A stretch of DNA of 64,000 nucleotides from Lytechinus pictus (taxonomy: Eukaryota). The notes below the pieces were generated by a model. It searched no databases. It had not been told where the DNA came from and saw only the letters and a list, made by a program, of their open reading frames with translations. The translations under genes and the position numbers were made by a program. Of the stretch, positions 34,101 to 46,100 are shown in pieces (the first letter of the stretch is position 1; each line of letters begins with the position of its first letter). The DNA lies in the NCBI RefSeq assembly GCF_037042905.1, contig NC_087245.1, forward strand, positions 16,990,001-17,054,000. The letters run 5' to 3'.

Positions 34101-37100
34101 CAAGATTTTTAATGCTTACCTAGAATAGAAATGGCTCCAGACTGGAATGTGAGGAGACCTCTAAAAAACTGTCTGTCTGGTCTTGCTATATCAAATCTAC
34201 AATAATAAATCATTTCAAAGATTATATCACCAAAGATGCGACAACAGCGTACAGATATTGACAATAATACAGTTGGCAGTCAAAATATTGTACTTTAAGA
34301 CAGAAAGTAATCACAATAATTTCCTTGGTTTTAGCTCCAACTGTCTTTATGAGCGCTACAGATTATAAAAGGAATGAATCATGAGCACCTTTTCATTTTT
34401 TACTTCCTCAGGGTCATATGTACCACAATGTGGATATGTATAATGGCTACCATTCCAAACCATGCCCCTCTGATTGTTGAAATACATTGCTTTCACATTG
34501 GTAGTTTTTGTCCTTTACTCCTATGTGGTATTAATACAAGGTTTTATCTCTGTGAATTAAGAGAGAAATGTTTCATATGGAACAGTCAGCTCAGACATCC
34601 AAGGAAGGACATTCAAGCCATCATTAAGACTGAGAAGTCCTTATGGTGGAAACTGCGAATGATTGGAATAAAATTCATCATAGCTGACAGATGGACTCCA
34701 ATAACGATGACATAGTAACATGTACATGGGTTAAGGTATCCTGTAAAGTAAATGCGAATTTACACTTAGCCCATCTTTGAAAGTAATGTTGGTTTGATTG
34801 TTTAGAACAACCTAATACCAATTAATGTAGACATTCATGTTTGCATAAATTACAACAGCTATCTTACATAAAAACAATTGTAATTATCATTATTCTGTTT
34901 TAATATGTACACTTGTTAATTTTCAGTCATTGATAATTTGTACAATATTATTGACAATCAATCTAAGGATCTTTCCATCTATATAAATAATCATGATAGA
35001 AATTTACATCTGATTACAAACATGTGTTTCGCAACATATCCCTAAAATGGACGTTGTAAAAAAATGTAACCTCTAGATCTGTCTCACCTATCAAACACAG
35101 ACACTGTACAGAGGGCAAGCAAGAAGTAGTAAACTGAGGAAGCGGGTTGAGCTAATCTGCTGTATTGTTCTAAGAACTGTGTCTGACCATCCTTCCCAGA
35201 ACCTTGTAATTCTGAAGCTAATACGAAGACCACTACGCACTGCCACAATGAATACCCAGCTAACACTCCGTGGCATAGGAGTGTGAATGTGAGGAACTTA
35301 CGATGGGTAGACTGCAAAGGAAACCAAAAAAATTTGTTAATAACAGACAAATTAGCAACAAATGAATGTCTTATCGGTATAGGTTTGTGTTAACACCAAG
35401 TAGTAGTTCTGAAAAGCAATGTTCATTATTTTTCTTTCTTTGATTGCTAGCTCTGGAAAAAAAAAATCCTGGTGACAACGAGATGACAAACCCGTTGAAA
35501 CGATCAAAGAATTATTTTCAGAGTTAACAATCAGTCAAGAAAGATTACCAGCAGTCCTCTTCAGGGACCTGTTTAACTGTTTCCATAGCAGATGTGCAAT
35601 AACAGTTTAAAGCTACTCAAATCATTCAATTTGATTGGCTGATGGTAAACTTGCTATAGAAATAGTGCATTTATGAAATATGACCCATGACTAAGGTAGG
35701 GGTGACACCACAAATTTACATTTTTCAATTTTTCCACTATGAAAATATTCCTAGATCATCTACACTAATACTTCATAATTCCAGCTGATAAGTTTAATTT
35801 CTATAAACCCCTTTGGTATTTTGTCAATATGTTCTACTTTAAAATAAAGTTACATATTGTGACCACATACTGAACAATATAACATTAAAAAAAGGCCTAT
35901 TCTTTAACTGTATGTATATTTCAAAACTTTGTAAGTGAATATGAGCTCAGACATCCAAGGAAGGACATTCAAGCCATCATTAAGACTGAGAAGTCCTTAT
36001 GGTGGAAACTGCGAATGATTGGAATAAAATTCATCATGGCTCATCTCACATGTCCATGTACAGGTTCAACCCAAACCATCCATCCTTTCATAACATAGAA
36101 CACAAACTATATCAATTGCATGAATATGACTGATTTCATAGACAGGAATAATATACAGCTACAAGTCTCTAAAATGACCATAAAAAATCTATTGGTAAGC
36201 ATATCTTGAGCCCATGCGCTGATAAGTTGGTCATCTTTCTAAACGAAAGACCATTTTACACTATTCTTTATTTTCCAACCACAAGAATCTTACCAATGCA
36301 CACTGAGTTGTAGTAAATTTGATTTCTTCCGGTGCCTCTTGCTGCAATCTTCTCTCGCGATCTCTCCTTTTGATCAAACGCTTCTTGTCTTCGCTTGCAA
36401 AACCACCTTAAATAATAAAATGCATAAATTTATTATAATATGAAACAATTAACTAAATAGAAATAGAATAAAGATGTCACACTGGTGTTAGCTTCTCAAT
36501 ATTTTCTTTTTTTCTTTCCACTTGGTGTTATATCTGTTATACCCATTCATTCAATAGCCTCACTAGATACTATCACATATGAAACCATATAGTCAGCTCA
36601 GACATCCAAGGAAGGACATTCAAGCCATCATTAAGACTAAGTAGTCCTTATGGTGGAAACTGCGAATGATTGGAATAAAATTCATCATAGCTGACATGAA
36701 TTTTAAATACAAGACATAGAATAAAACACAAGACATATGCTATGGGGCAAAATGTGCCTAGGCACCTCAAAAATTTGCCGGATAATAATCGTTAGTTGGC
36801 GATTATTCTTTTAAAGAGATTTTCTAAAAGAGATAAGCAATATTTACATGTATTACTAATGAAACTGGATGATCCTATGGCCCATTGTCTAAAGATACAA
36901 TGCCCAGTCCTACATACAGAATAATTCCATTTAGTAAAGAGTGTGCAAAGCATAGGTAAAGACAAGTCTATACAAACATTCTGTGTAATGACGTATTGCG
37001 CAATGGGAGCAAAAGTTAGATTACAGTTCAGGTAAATCACAGGATTAGTAGAATGTCCACAGACATGGCACACATATCAAACACATCCTGTTCATTAGGG

Positions 37101-40100
37101 CAACCAACTTTTAAATCATAATGTTTTTGTATTCTACTATTCCTGAAGTCAAGGACTTAGCAAATTTTTAAGGTTGTTAAAAGTAATAACCAATGTAGTC
37201 TAACAAAACAAGGAAGCAATTCTGGAATGCATCTCTCAATATTAGAAAATTGTCATTGTTATATGAGTAAATATATGGAGTTACCTTCTATTGAAGTGCC
37301 TATGGCCGTATTCTGCAATCAGGTTTAATTTAAACTCTGGTCTAAAGTTGTGGTATGGATAGACAATTGTGACATAAATCTCAAACAGTAGAGATTTAAT
37401 TTATTAGCCCATTTTACTCTCAAATCATTCTTAACTGTCTACGGAGGGTAAATAGCATACATGTACTTGCCTTCACCATTAAAGAATCAGGAAAGAGCAC
37501 AGTAAACATAAGATCATACAATGCCAACAATATTTTTAAATTTTTGGCTTCCCATAATTTTAATACAGGGTTAGACCATGGTCAAAGTTAAACCTGTCTT
37601 CAGAATACGGGCCTATATTTCAGAAATTATAGGCTATGTGACTTTCAGAGTTGCTTCCTTTTGTCATGGGACAGCTGTATGGGAAAGAGGTCTACATTAT
37701 AAGTGGGATGCATGGCTCCAGGCTGTTTTGAGCTGAACAAACCTTTCCTTTCCATAAAGAGTTTATTGACTGGTTGACTTGGAAGCACAGCGACTTGAGA
37801 GGCCGGTGGTTGACGGGCTGTCTCTACTTGAACCTCTCCGGTTACTACATCATCAGCTGAAAATAACAAGTCTGACAACAGAAAGGAAAAAAAAAATTAA
37901 GATTAAAAAAAAAAATGATTAAAAACAGTCAGTTTTTCTATCAAAACCAAAATGCTGGTATTCTGAATCTTGAAAAGATTTATTCGATAATAAAATATCA
38001 AGTGAAAAGAATAACAAACTGCCTGTTTGTGAAATACCCTACCATAGAGGTCATTAGGTCAAGCTTGATTTCATTTTCATTTTAATAACATTAACACTAA
38101 TACCTGCAAACAATGGTTCAATGTTAGGCAATAGTGCAAGACCCCTAAAATATGAACAGAAATGCATGTTTCTAAGCTATATAATTATTTCTAATAATGT
38201 TAATTCATGAATTGTAAAATTGTCCACATCCTCTCTCAAGTGTGTCAAAGGTCAGCTCAGACATCCAAGGAAGGACATTCAAGCCATCATTAAGACTGAG
38301 AAGTCCTTATGGTGGAAACTGCGAATGATTGGAATAAAATTCATCATAGCTGACACCTATCCTGTATATGAGACTAAATGCATCACGTACATTCATTAAT
38401 ATGATGTAATTCACACACGCATAGCTACTATACGTTATATGTTGAAAGCAGATGTTAGCGATACTAACAAAAAATATGAATTCATATATGTGATGCAATA
38501 AATCACATCATACACACCTTCACCATCAGCATGATAGTTCTCATCACCAGACGTAATCGGTCTGTCAGAATTGATAGAAAACAAGGCGAAAATAAAAATG
38601 GACAATAATTACTATTTTACAAATATCTTGATGAATGAAAGTGAATGCAAGATCTATGTACCATGGAAATTAATCTTATTCAATAATCAATTAACTCATT
38701 TGTAAAAATGGTCTAGATATCTATGGTCAGCTCAGACATCCAAGGAAGGACATTCAAGCCATCATTAAGACTGAGAAGTCCTTATGGTGGAAACTGCGAA
38801 TGATTGGAATAAAATTCATCATAGCTGAAAGATCAGACCAACTACCATTTTTAACAGAAAGGAATCCTAACAATGCATCATTTTTCTTATTGATATCAAG
38901 TCTAAAAAGGCGAGACCAGAGGTAAAAGAAGAGAAATCAAGAAACAGGCAACGAGCCACATTTTAAACATTACTTGTATGTGCATGCTCAACCAAATTCC
39001 ATTGTACTATTCTGCGCTTTCAGGAACTTCCACATCCTTAAACATAAAGTCCCTATTATTAATGATACATCTAAGGTAATTAATTCATTTTTTATTTTAT
39101 AAAAAGTTATCAATACCCCTTTGAAATATTAATCATGGTCCACTACAAGATAAAAGTATGTACTGAATGTCCAATAAATGGATATTTCTTATAAACCTCA
39201 AATCATTTCATTTTGATAAAGAAACTAACTTGGCTTTCTTCTTCTTGGTTTTAGCTTTGCCTGTTGGAGGTCGGTTCTGAGGTGTTTTGGCGCTCTCTTC
39301 TTCACCATCAGCACTGTCATCTGAAATAAGAAATACATGAAATTCTCTGATAATCTTGGTCTTCATGTAACTTGTCTAAGTTTGTAACTATAAATATTGT
39401 TTGTATGGAATTTGTGGGACATGCATAACACCAGATGGGGCACAAATCAGTGCATGATTAAAAATAAAAGTATGACTTAAACAATTAATCAATCACTGAA
39501 CATTAATGTAAGTCATTGCACTTTTCTGATTAAGAAATGTAATTATTGACTTAGAAAAAAAACCTCTACACAGGCTTTAAAACTGCTGTCAACTCAGACA
39601 TCCAAGGAAGGACATTCAAGCCATCATTAAGACTGAAAAGTCCTTATGGTGGAAACTGCGAATGATTGGAATAAAATTCATCATAGCTGACAAACATGAT
39701 TTGTATTGGATAATCGTGATGAGGGGGAAAAAAATACGATTGGCAACTCTGCAATAGCAAATGTTGACAAAGAATAGAACTTTCATACATGTCTTGAACT
39801 TAGCTCAGCAATGGATACTCTTCATAAAATTGAAGATTTTTAATCAATGAGTGATGCACAAGCATTGAATAATATGGTTACCTGGTATAAACTTTGATCT
39901 TGGTCTCTTTGCTTTCTGTTTTGCATTGCCGTTGGATTCTGTTGCTATTTCATCACTCACAGATCGAGGGATGTGGGATTTTCTACCTTCTAACAAACAT
40001 AATAAAAAAGGAAACAAACGCATTCATGAAATATGCCATGTCAAAATAATTTTTTTCTCACATTTCTTTTCCTGGGTAAGGATGAAAGCATGCCAAAGAG

Positions 40101-43100
40101 TGGGTTTTATCTACTCTCTAATAAATATTAGCCATATAATGGCACGAGGCCTAAGAATTGCCTGCAAGCTACGTGAATACAAACTGTAATGCTTCAATTC
40201 AACTCCTCCCACCATCCTAAATGAAATTTGTGATTGCCGCCTGACCCACCGCTTGCTATGTAATTAAACAATGAGTCAACACTCCTTTCTGTAGTCACAA
40301 CTCGGCTAAAAAATAACTTGAGGTTTTTATGATACTTGGTGTACAAAAGATAGAAATTTTTTTTTTCATAAATTGCTGCATAACGATGCTAATTTCATCA
40401 ATTCCAGAAAAAAATGTGGACACATGCCATGACCCCTATGGGTCATTCCATGTCAAATCATCAAAGAATCTGCCGTCATCTCTCAGATTTTTGTAAAACT
40501 TTGGGAACCAATTGGGACTCCTGAAAAATGGCTAGAACTCATATATTTTCGCTAACAGCCTCTAAATTAGTGAGATACAGGCTAACGAACTTTGAACTAA
40601 TTAGCATGACTTCGTGAATTCAAATGGCCATATCTCTAAAAGTATAAAACCTAGAGAGCTGGTTTTGATTTAAGAGATGACGGCAGATTCTTTGATGATT
40701 TGACATGGAGTGACCCCTACCTCTTTTCCTCCTCGCAGCACCTGGGGAAGCTTTCAGGTTCTCAATTGCTGGAGCTTGGCCCGATATATCGCCTTCATCA
40801 GCTGCAAGAATAAGAGCAGAAACAAAAAACAAAAATTGAGAAAAAATTTGGTTAAATGATAGTTCAAATGTTAGAAATAAAAACATCCAACCAACAGGGA
40901 AGCCTTTCATCAAGCAACTAACCATCATTTAACTGCAAATCAGATGCAAAGATTTCAGTAGCATACAAAAAGTTATTTCACCCAAAAAATGCTTCATGAC
41001 ACAGTACACCCTAAACATTAAAAAAAGTTCTCAAAAATTAACCCTAACTAGGCCGGGCTTTTTTGGCTGTTCTGTGGCCGGGGGGGGGGGGGGGGTGATT
41101 CAACCCCCCCTGAGATCTCGGCCGCCGATCACGCGAGCGCCGCAAAAATTTGCACGCTGGTAGTTTGCGATGTAATCTACAAGGCTGTATGGTAAAATTT
41201 TCCAAAATATTGAGATTTTTTTTTATATGAATTAATTATGCTAATTTATGCATAAATCATACTTTTTGCTCTAATTCACTAAATAAAGCTCCTAGAATGC
41301 TAATTTTTGGTAAAAATATTCTTTGTAGCATTCTTAACAATCGCAATTGGAAAAAACTTCGGTTTGGAAATCAATTTCTGATGTATTTTATTGTTTTATG
41401 AATTTCTTATGTATTTCTTTGTTTTTCAACCTTTTGTTTTGTTCACCAGATTTATTGCACAACCTTTTTGAAGCATAATTATGCTAAAATCAATTGATTT
41501 CAGCTTTTAAAAGTAAAAATAATCATATCTTTATGAATAAGATGAGAAAACTCAATTTGCATTGACTTTGTACACAAAATCACGTTTTGGAACAATAATC
41601 GGTCTGACATGCACTTACGAAATGTTGCGTAGTTTCGGAACCGCGTACCGGGCGTCGTAAATTTGGTCTCAAAAGATGCGCGAGACTTAAAAGTATAAAC
41701 TCTGCGAGTGGCGCGGTCAAAACATTTTGCGCGGCGGAATGATCGCAGAAAATGTTGAGGGGGGGGGTTGATTCAACCCCCCCCGGCCATTTTAGGGTTA
41801 AGCAGTGACAAAGAAGAGATAAGCATGAATTTAAACCAGTTCCCTGCCCCCTCAAACCCACTTATATGAATTTAGCTTCTACGAAAAGCCCACTACTGAT
41901 TGAAGTCAGCTCAGACATCCAAGGAAGGACATTCAAGCCATCATTAAGACTGAGAAGTCCTTATGGTGGAAACTGCGAATGATTGGAATAAAATTCATCA
42001 TAGCCAACTTTTCCCCAAAACCCTGCACTACTACCTGAGCAGATCACAGATAACTAACCCATCCATTTGATTTGTTGCGTAGCATATCGAAGAAGAAATT
42101 TTAGAAATAAACAAAATTTATTTAGATAATCCAACAAATTTTAGTTGCTCAAGTCTCCTCAAATCACTCTTATTTTATTTCACTAAACAGGTTATAGAAG
42201 GCCTACATGTACACCCTCTTCTCTTATTCTCAATAAAGCCTCCCACAGATGGGGATTTCAACAAAGTCCCTATTAACCAATTACATGTACATATGGTTGA
42301 TATGGAAACACATTGCACTTTACCATTGCCATCTGGTGCATCCGGTGGTTTACGCTTCTTTTTCTTCCTCTTGCTTCCATTCCCTACATTTGCTATGTCT
42401 TCAGTACTGGCTGTTGTAGTATGACCTCTGACTTCTGTGCTCTCTGACACAGTACCTCTCAGCTTACTCACATTGGAAAGCTGGGAGTCACTAGCATCTA
42501 CTCCTACAGATAAAAAGTGGTAATGTTCTTGAATATGTTCCTTTCTTTGGGTGAATAATATGGCAGGAGTATTATTGACAGCAAAATAATTTTCATTCCA
42601 ACAACATGTAACACTCTACACTGCAAAAAGCAGGCACAAAATTTGCTCCTGCGACAGTTGCTCTGACCTTTATTTTGTCAAAGATATACGGTTACGGCTT
42701 GGTCCCACTGCACTTACGGATGCAGAGAGGATGTAAAACACAAAAGAATCTTGCCATCCGTTGGAAAACGTTATGTATCTGTTGTGTACTCTTTGCATAC
42801 GTGTTTCATACGCTTTATATCCATCGAAAATCCGTCTACTGTGATTTCATTGTTCACACATTTTGTCTATTGTCTGGAGCGGATGAAAATGGAGCCAACC
42901 CGAAATTTTGCTTGTCCGCTGTATCCATTATGAATACGTTTTGTGTCCTTCTGTCAGTGGGATCAGGCCTTCAGGGGATAGGGCTTCACGTTGGGTTAAT
43001 CTATTAGTGTGCAGAATTTATAGCAGAGAAAATGTCATAGAAGCAAAAATCATAACTTTTCATTTTGATGTTATAAACCCATTATTCTTTAGACTTAGCT

Positions 43101-46100
43101 ACCACTTCTTGTCACTGACTTCAGAGTTTTGAACGTACAATTTAGCCAACCTTTTATTAAAAAAATAATTCCACTCACCTTCTCCATTTTTCTTTTTCTT
43201 TTTAGTCTTCTTAGGTGATGCTGTTTCTGTTGGAAAAGAAAGACAGAACTGAATGATCAAACTTTGATAATCAAAGTCTATTAAAAAAAAAATCCAGTTT
43301 GATTTGAATTCGTTTTTATATACATTTTCTGGTAACTGATACAGTTTATATACTGCCCAAACATTAATTTTCTTTAAATAAGAAAAGTCACCTACCTGCT
43401 TCGCTTGTATTCAATGGTGGCAGGCTCCTTCGTTTTGTTGGAGTATCCTAAACATGAAAATGTATAGTATGAAAATGAAATAGTATAGTATGAAAATGGA
43501 ATAGTAGATTGCGAGACAAATGAATACCCTCTAGCCAGGGTTGGCACGTTTTAAACGGTGTGTTTTAAAACATGTTTTAAAACGCGTTTTAAAACACCCG
43601 TTTTTTTTACAAAAAAAACGTGTTTTAAAACACCTCATAGACTTGTGTGTTATAAATATGCATGGTCATGGATGTGATTTTAGATGAATATTTTTTTAGA
43701 CTTTTATTTCTTAAGTGGTATATTATTTTCTTCTAACTAGATCTCTTTCTCAACACCACTCTTTCTCTTTCCCCCTTATCCCCCTCTCTCCATCCCTTTG
43801 TCATGTTCCTTGAAATCCTCTTGTTCAATTGTGCACATCAATCTATATTAAGAATATTTTCATTATAACAAACATGAGTGTTGTGCTTTAAAATAAGCTC
43901 AAATACGGACCTTGAATGAAATGGAAGTGTTGCACAAGCATAATATTTTACAAATAGACTGTAAAACTGACATTGTATTCTTGAGGTACACACAAAAGCA
44001 GGTGTAACTTTGCGCTTCGTAAATATGAAGAAAAGTACTTAAATTCAGTATAAGATAGTCAGCAAGCAAACCTTAAAAGACAAGTCCACCCCAAGAAAAA
44101 TGTATGCTGAAAATTTCGTCAAAATCAGATGCAAAATAATAAAGTTTTGCTTAAGTTTTCAAAACAGTTATATGCCCATCTTGGTCGGTATGCAAATGAA
44201 GGGGACTGATGACATCACTCACTATTTATTTTGTATTTCGTTATTTTCTTATTGTCATGTGAAATAAAGTTTAATTCTTCCCTGAACATATGGAACTACC
44301 ATTGTTTTAACATTTTTTGGTTCAGTCAAGTAGGTCATCTGAAAAAATTGAAATTGTATTGTTCAAACAATAAAATAAAAGAAATAGTGAGTGAGGGACA
44401 TCATCAACTCTCTCATTTGCATATCACTGAGATGTTATTACTGTTTTGTGAATAAAAGCAAAACTTTACAATGTCATACATGTAACTTATTTTATATCTG
44501 ATTTGACGAAACTTTCAGCATTACATACATGTATGCTTGTTTGAATTTTCTCTACAGATTGAAATCAACATTTTTCTGGGGTGGACTTGACCTTTAACCC
44601 TAACAATCCAAGGGGACCGTAATGGCCCCCTAAAATTTCTCTGATAAATCCATAAGCACGACAGGGCCATGCCATATTGTTCAAGACTATTTTTGGGATG
44701 CATGCATGGGTATGGGATTATGATATTACACAAGTGCATGTCAGACCCCAAATTGCTCAATAACGTGATTTCATGTATAAAGCCAATGCGAATTTTTCGC
44801 CAACATTCGTATCTGTATCAATATTTATACAATTGGAAAAATATTTCCAATAATTTCCATTACAAAACGATTGAAAAAAACCAAAACTAACCAAAAAACT
44901 GTACAAATATTTAAATTTTTTAATTCCTCAAAATTAAATTATTCAATTCCTCAATTAAAAAAAATTAGCAGTTCAGGGGGTTTATTTATCAATTTAAACC
45001 CAAACTTGTATTTCATGCACTAAAATGTGTAAAATTGATTAAAATCAAATTAAAAGGATGGTCCGGGCTGAAAATATATCTTAATACATAGAGTAGAATT
45101 CACTGAGCAAAATGTTGAAAAATTTCATCAAATTCAGATAACAAATAAGAAAGTTATTGGAGTTTAAAGTTTAGCAACATTTTTTTTAAAACAGTCGTCA
45201 TGAATATTCATTAGGTGGGCTAATGATGTCACATCCCCACTTTCCTTTTTCTTATGTTATTACATAAAGTCATATTTTTTTCATTATTTCATACTTGTGT
45301 GAATAATATGTCTCCCTTATAATGAAATAAGTTGCAGCAATGAATATCTAATGCACTATATCAGTTGTCAATCCAATTTTTCTAGTTCTTGGAGGAAAAA
45401 AATTGAATAAACCTAATTTGATATGATAAAATACAAAAGAACAAGTGGGGATGTGACATCATCAGCCCACCTAATGAATATTCATGATGACTGTGTTCAC
45501 AAAATATTGCTAAACTTTGAAATTCGATAACTTTGTTTTTGCTATCAGATTTTGATGAAATTTTTCGGCATTTTGCTCAGTGAATTCTACTCTATTTATT
45601 AAGCTATAAATATTTTCAGCCCGGACCATCCATTTCAGCTTTGAAAGCTCATAGTCTATAGATTATGTCATTTTCTTACATTGTGCGAATTCTTCTCACC
45701 CCCTAGATTGACGAGACCCAAAAGTATGTACATATATGTAAATGTATAAGGAATAAACTTATAAAATGTCAACTTACTTGTTTGCATTCAATTTCAATGA
45801 TTTAGTAATTTGGGGGAAAATATGAACTTTTCTATTGGAAATTCAGTAACAAAAAATGTAGTTATCTCTTACTTACTCTAAAAATGAATTTAAAACATCA
45901 ACAGCTTAAATTGTACTGTATTAAGTGTATAGTTTAATTTATTTACAGAAAATTTCATCGTTCGTTGGAAAAAAAACGTTTTAAAACGATTTAAAACGTT
46001 TTAAAACAATAAAAAACGTTTTATTTGTTTTTTTTAATAAAAAACGTTTTTTATTACAACCCTGCCTCTAGCGATTATTTCAGTCCGCAATAATGAACCT

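Larger units (their letters stand above)
43536..46064. mobile_element. Non-autonomous hAT element with 8-bp TSD, containing nested MITEs
   Basis: TIR CAGGGTTG/CAACCCTG; TSD CCTCTAGC at 43528-43535 and 46065-46072; subterminal GTTTTAAAAC repeats at both ends. Confidence 0.85.

Noticed and set aside
30909..34715. ORF-track peptides sharing LRHPRKDIQAIIKTEKSLWWKLRMIGIKFII as a repeated protein domain
   Set aside because: These are antisense translations of the U14 copies and have no splice or start context.
39990..40720. A different or degenerate snoRNA in U14-free intron 5 (and intron 14, 31236-31651)
   Set aside because: I found no properly spaced box C/box D pair with a terminal stem by eye. 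The TCA run near 31565 is a microsatellite. H/ACA RNAs cannot be excluded without a search.
29432..42010. The 11 dispersed identical repeats as a CRISPR array or SINE/MITE family
   Set aside because: Units are 91 nt, separated by 0.4-2.2 kb containing coding exons. There are no cas genes, TSDs, poly(A) tails or Pol III boxes. C/D boxes and 18S antisense elements explain them as U14.
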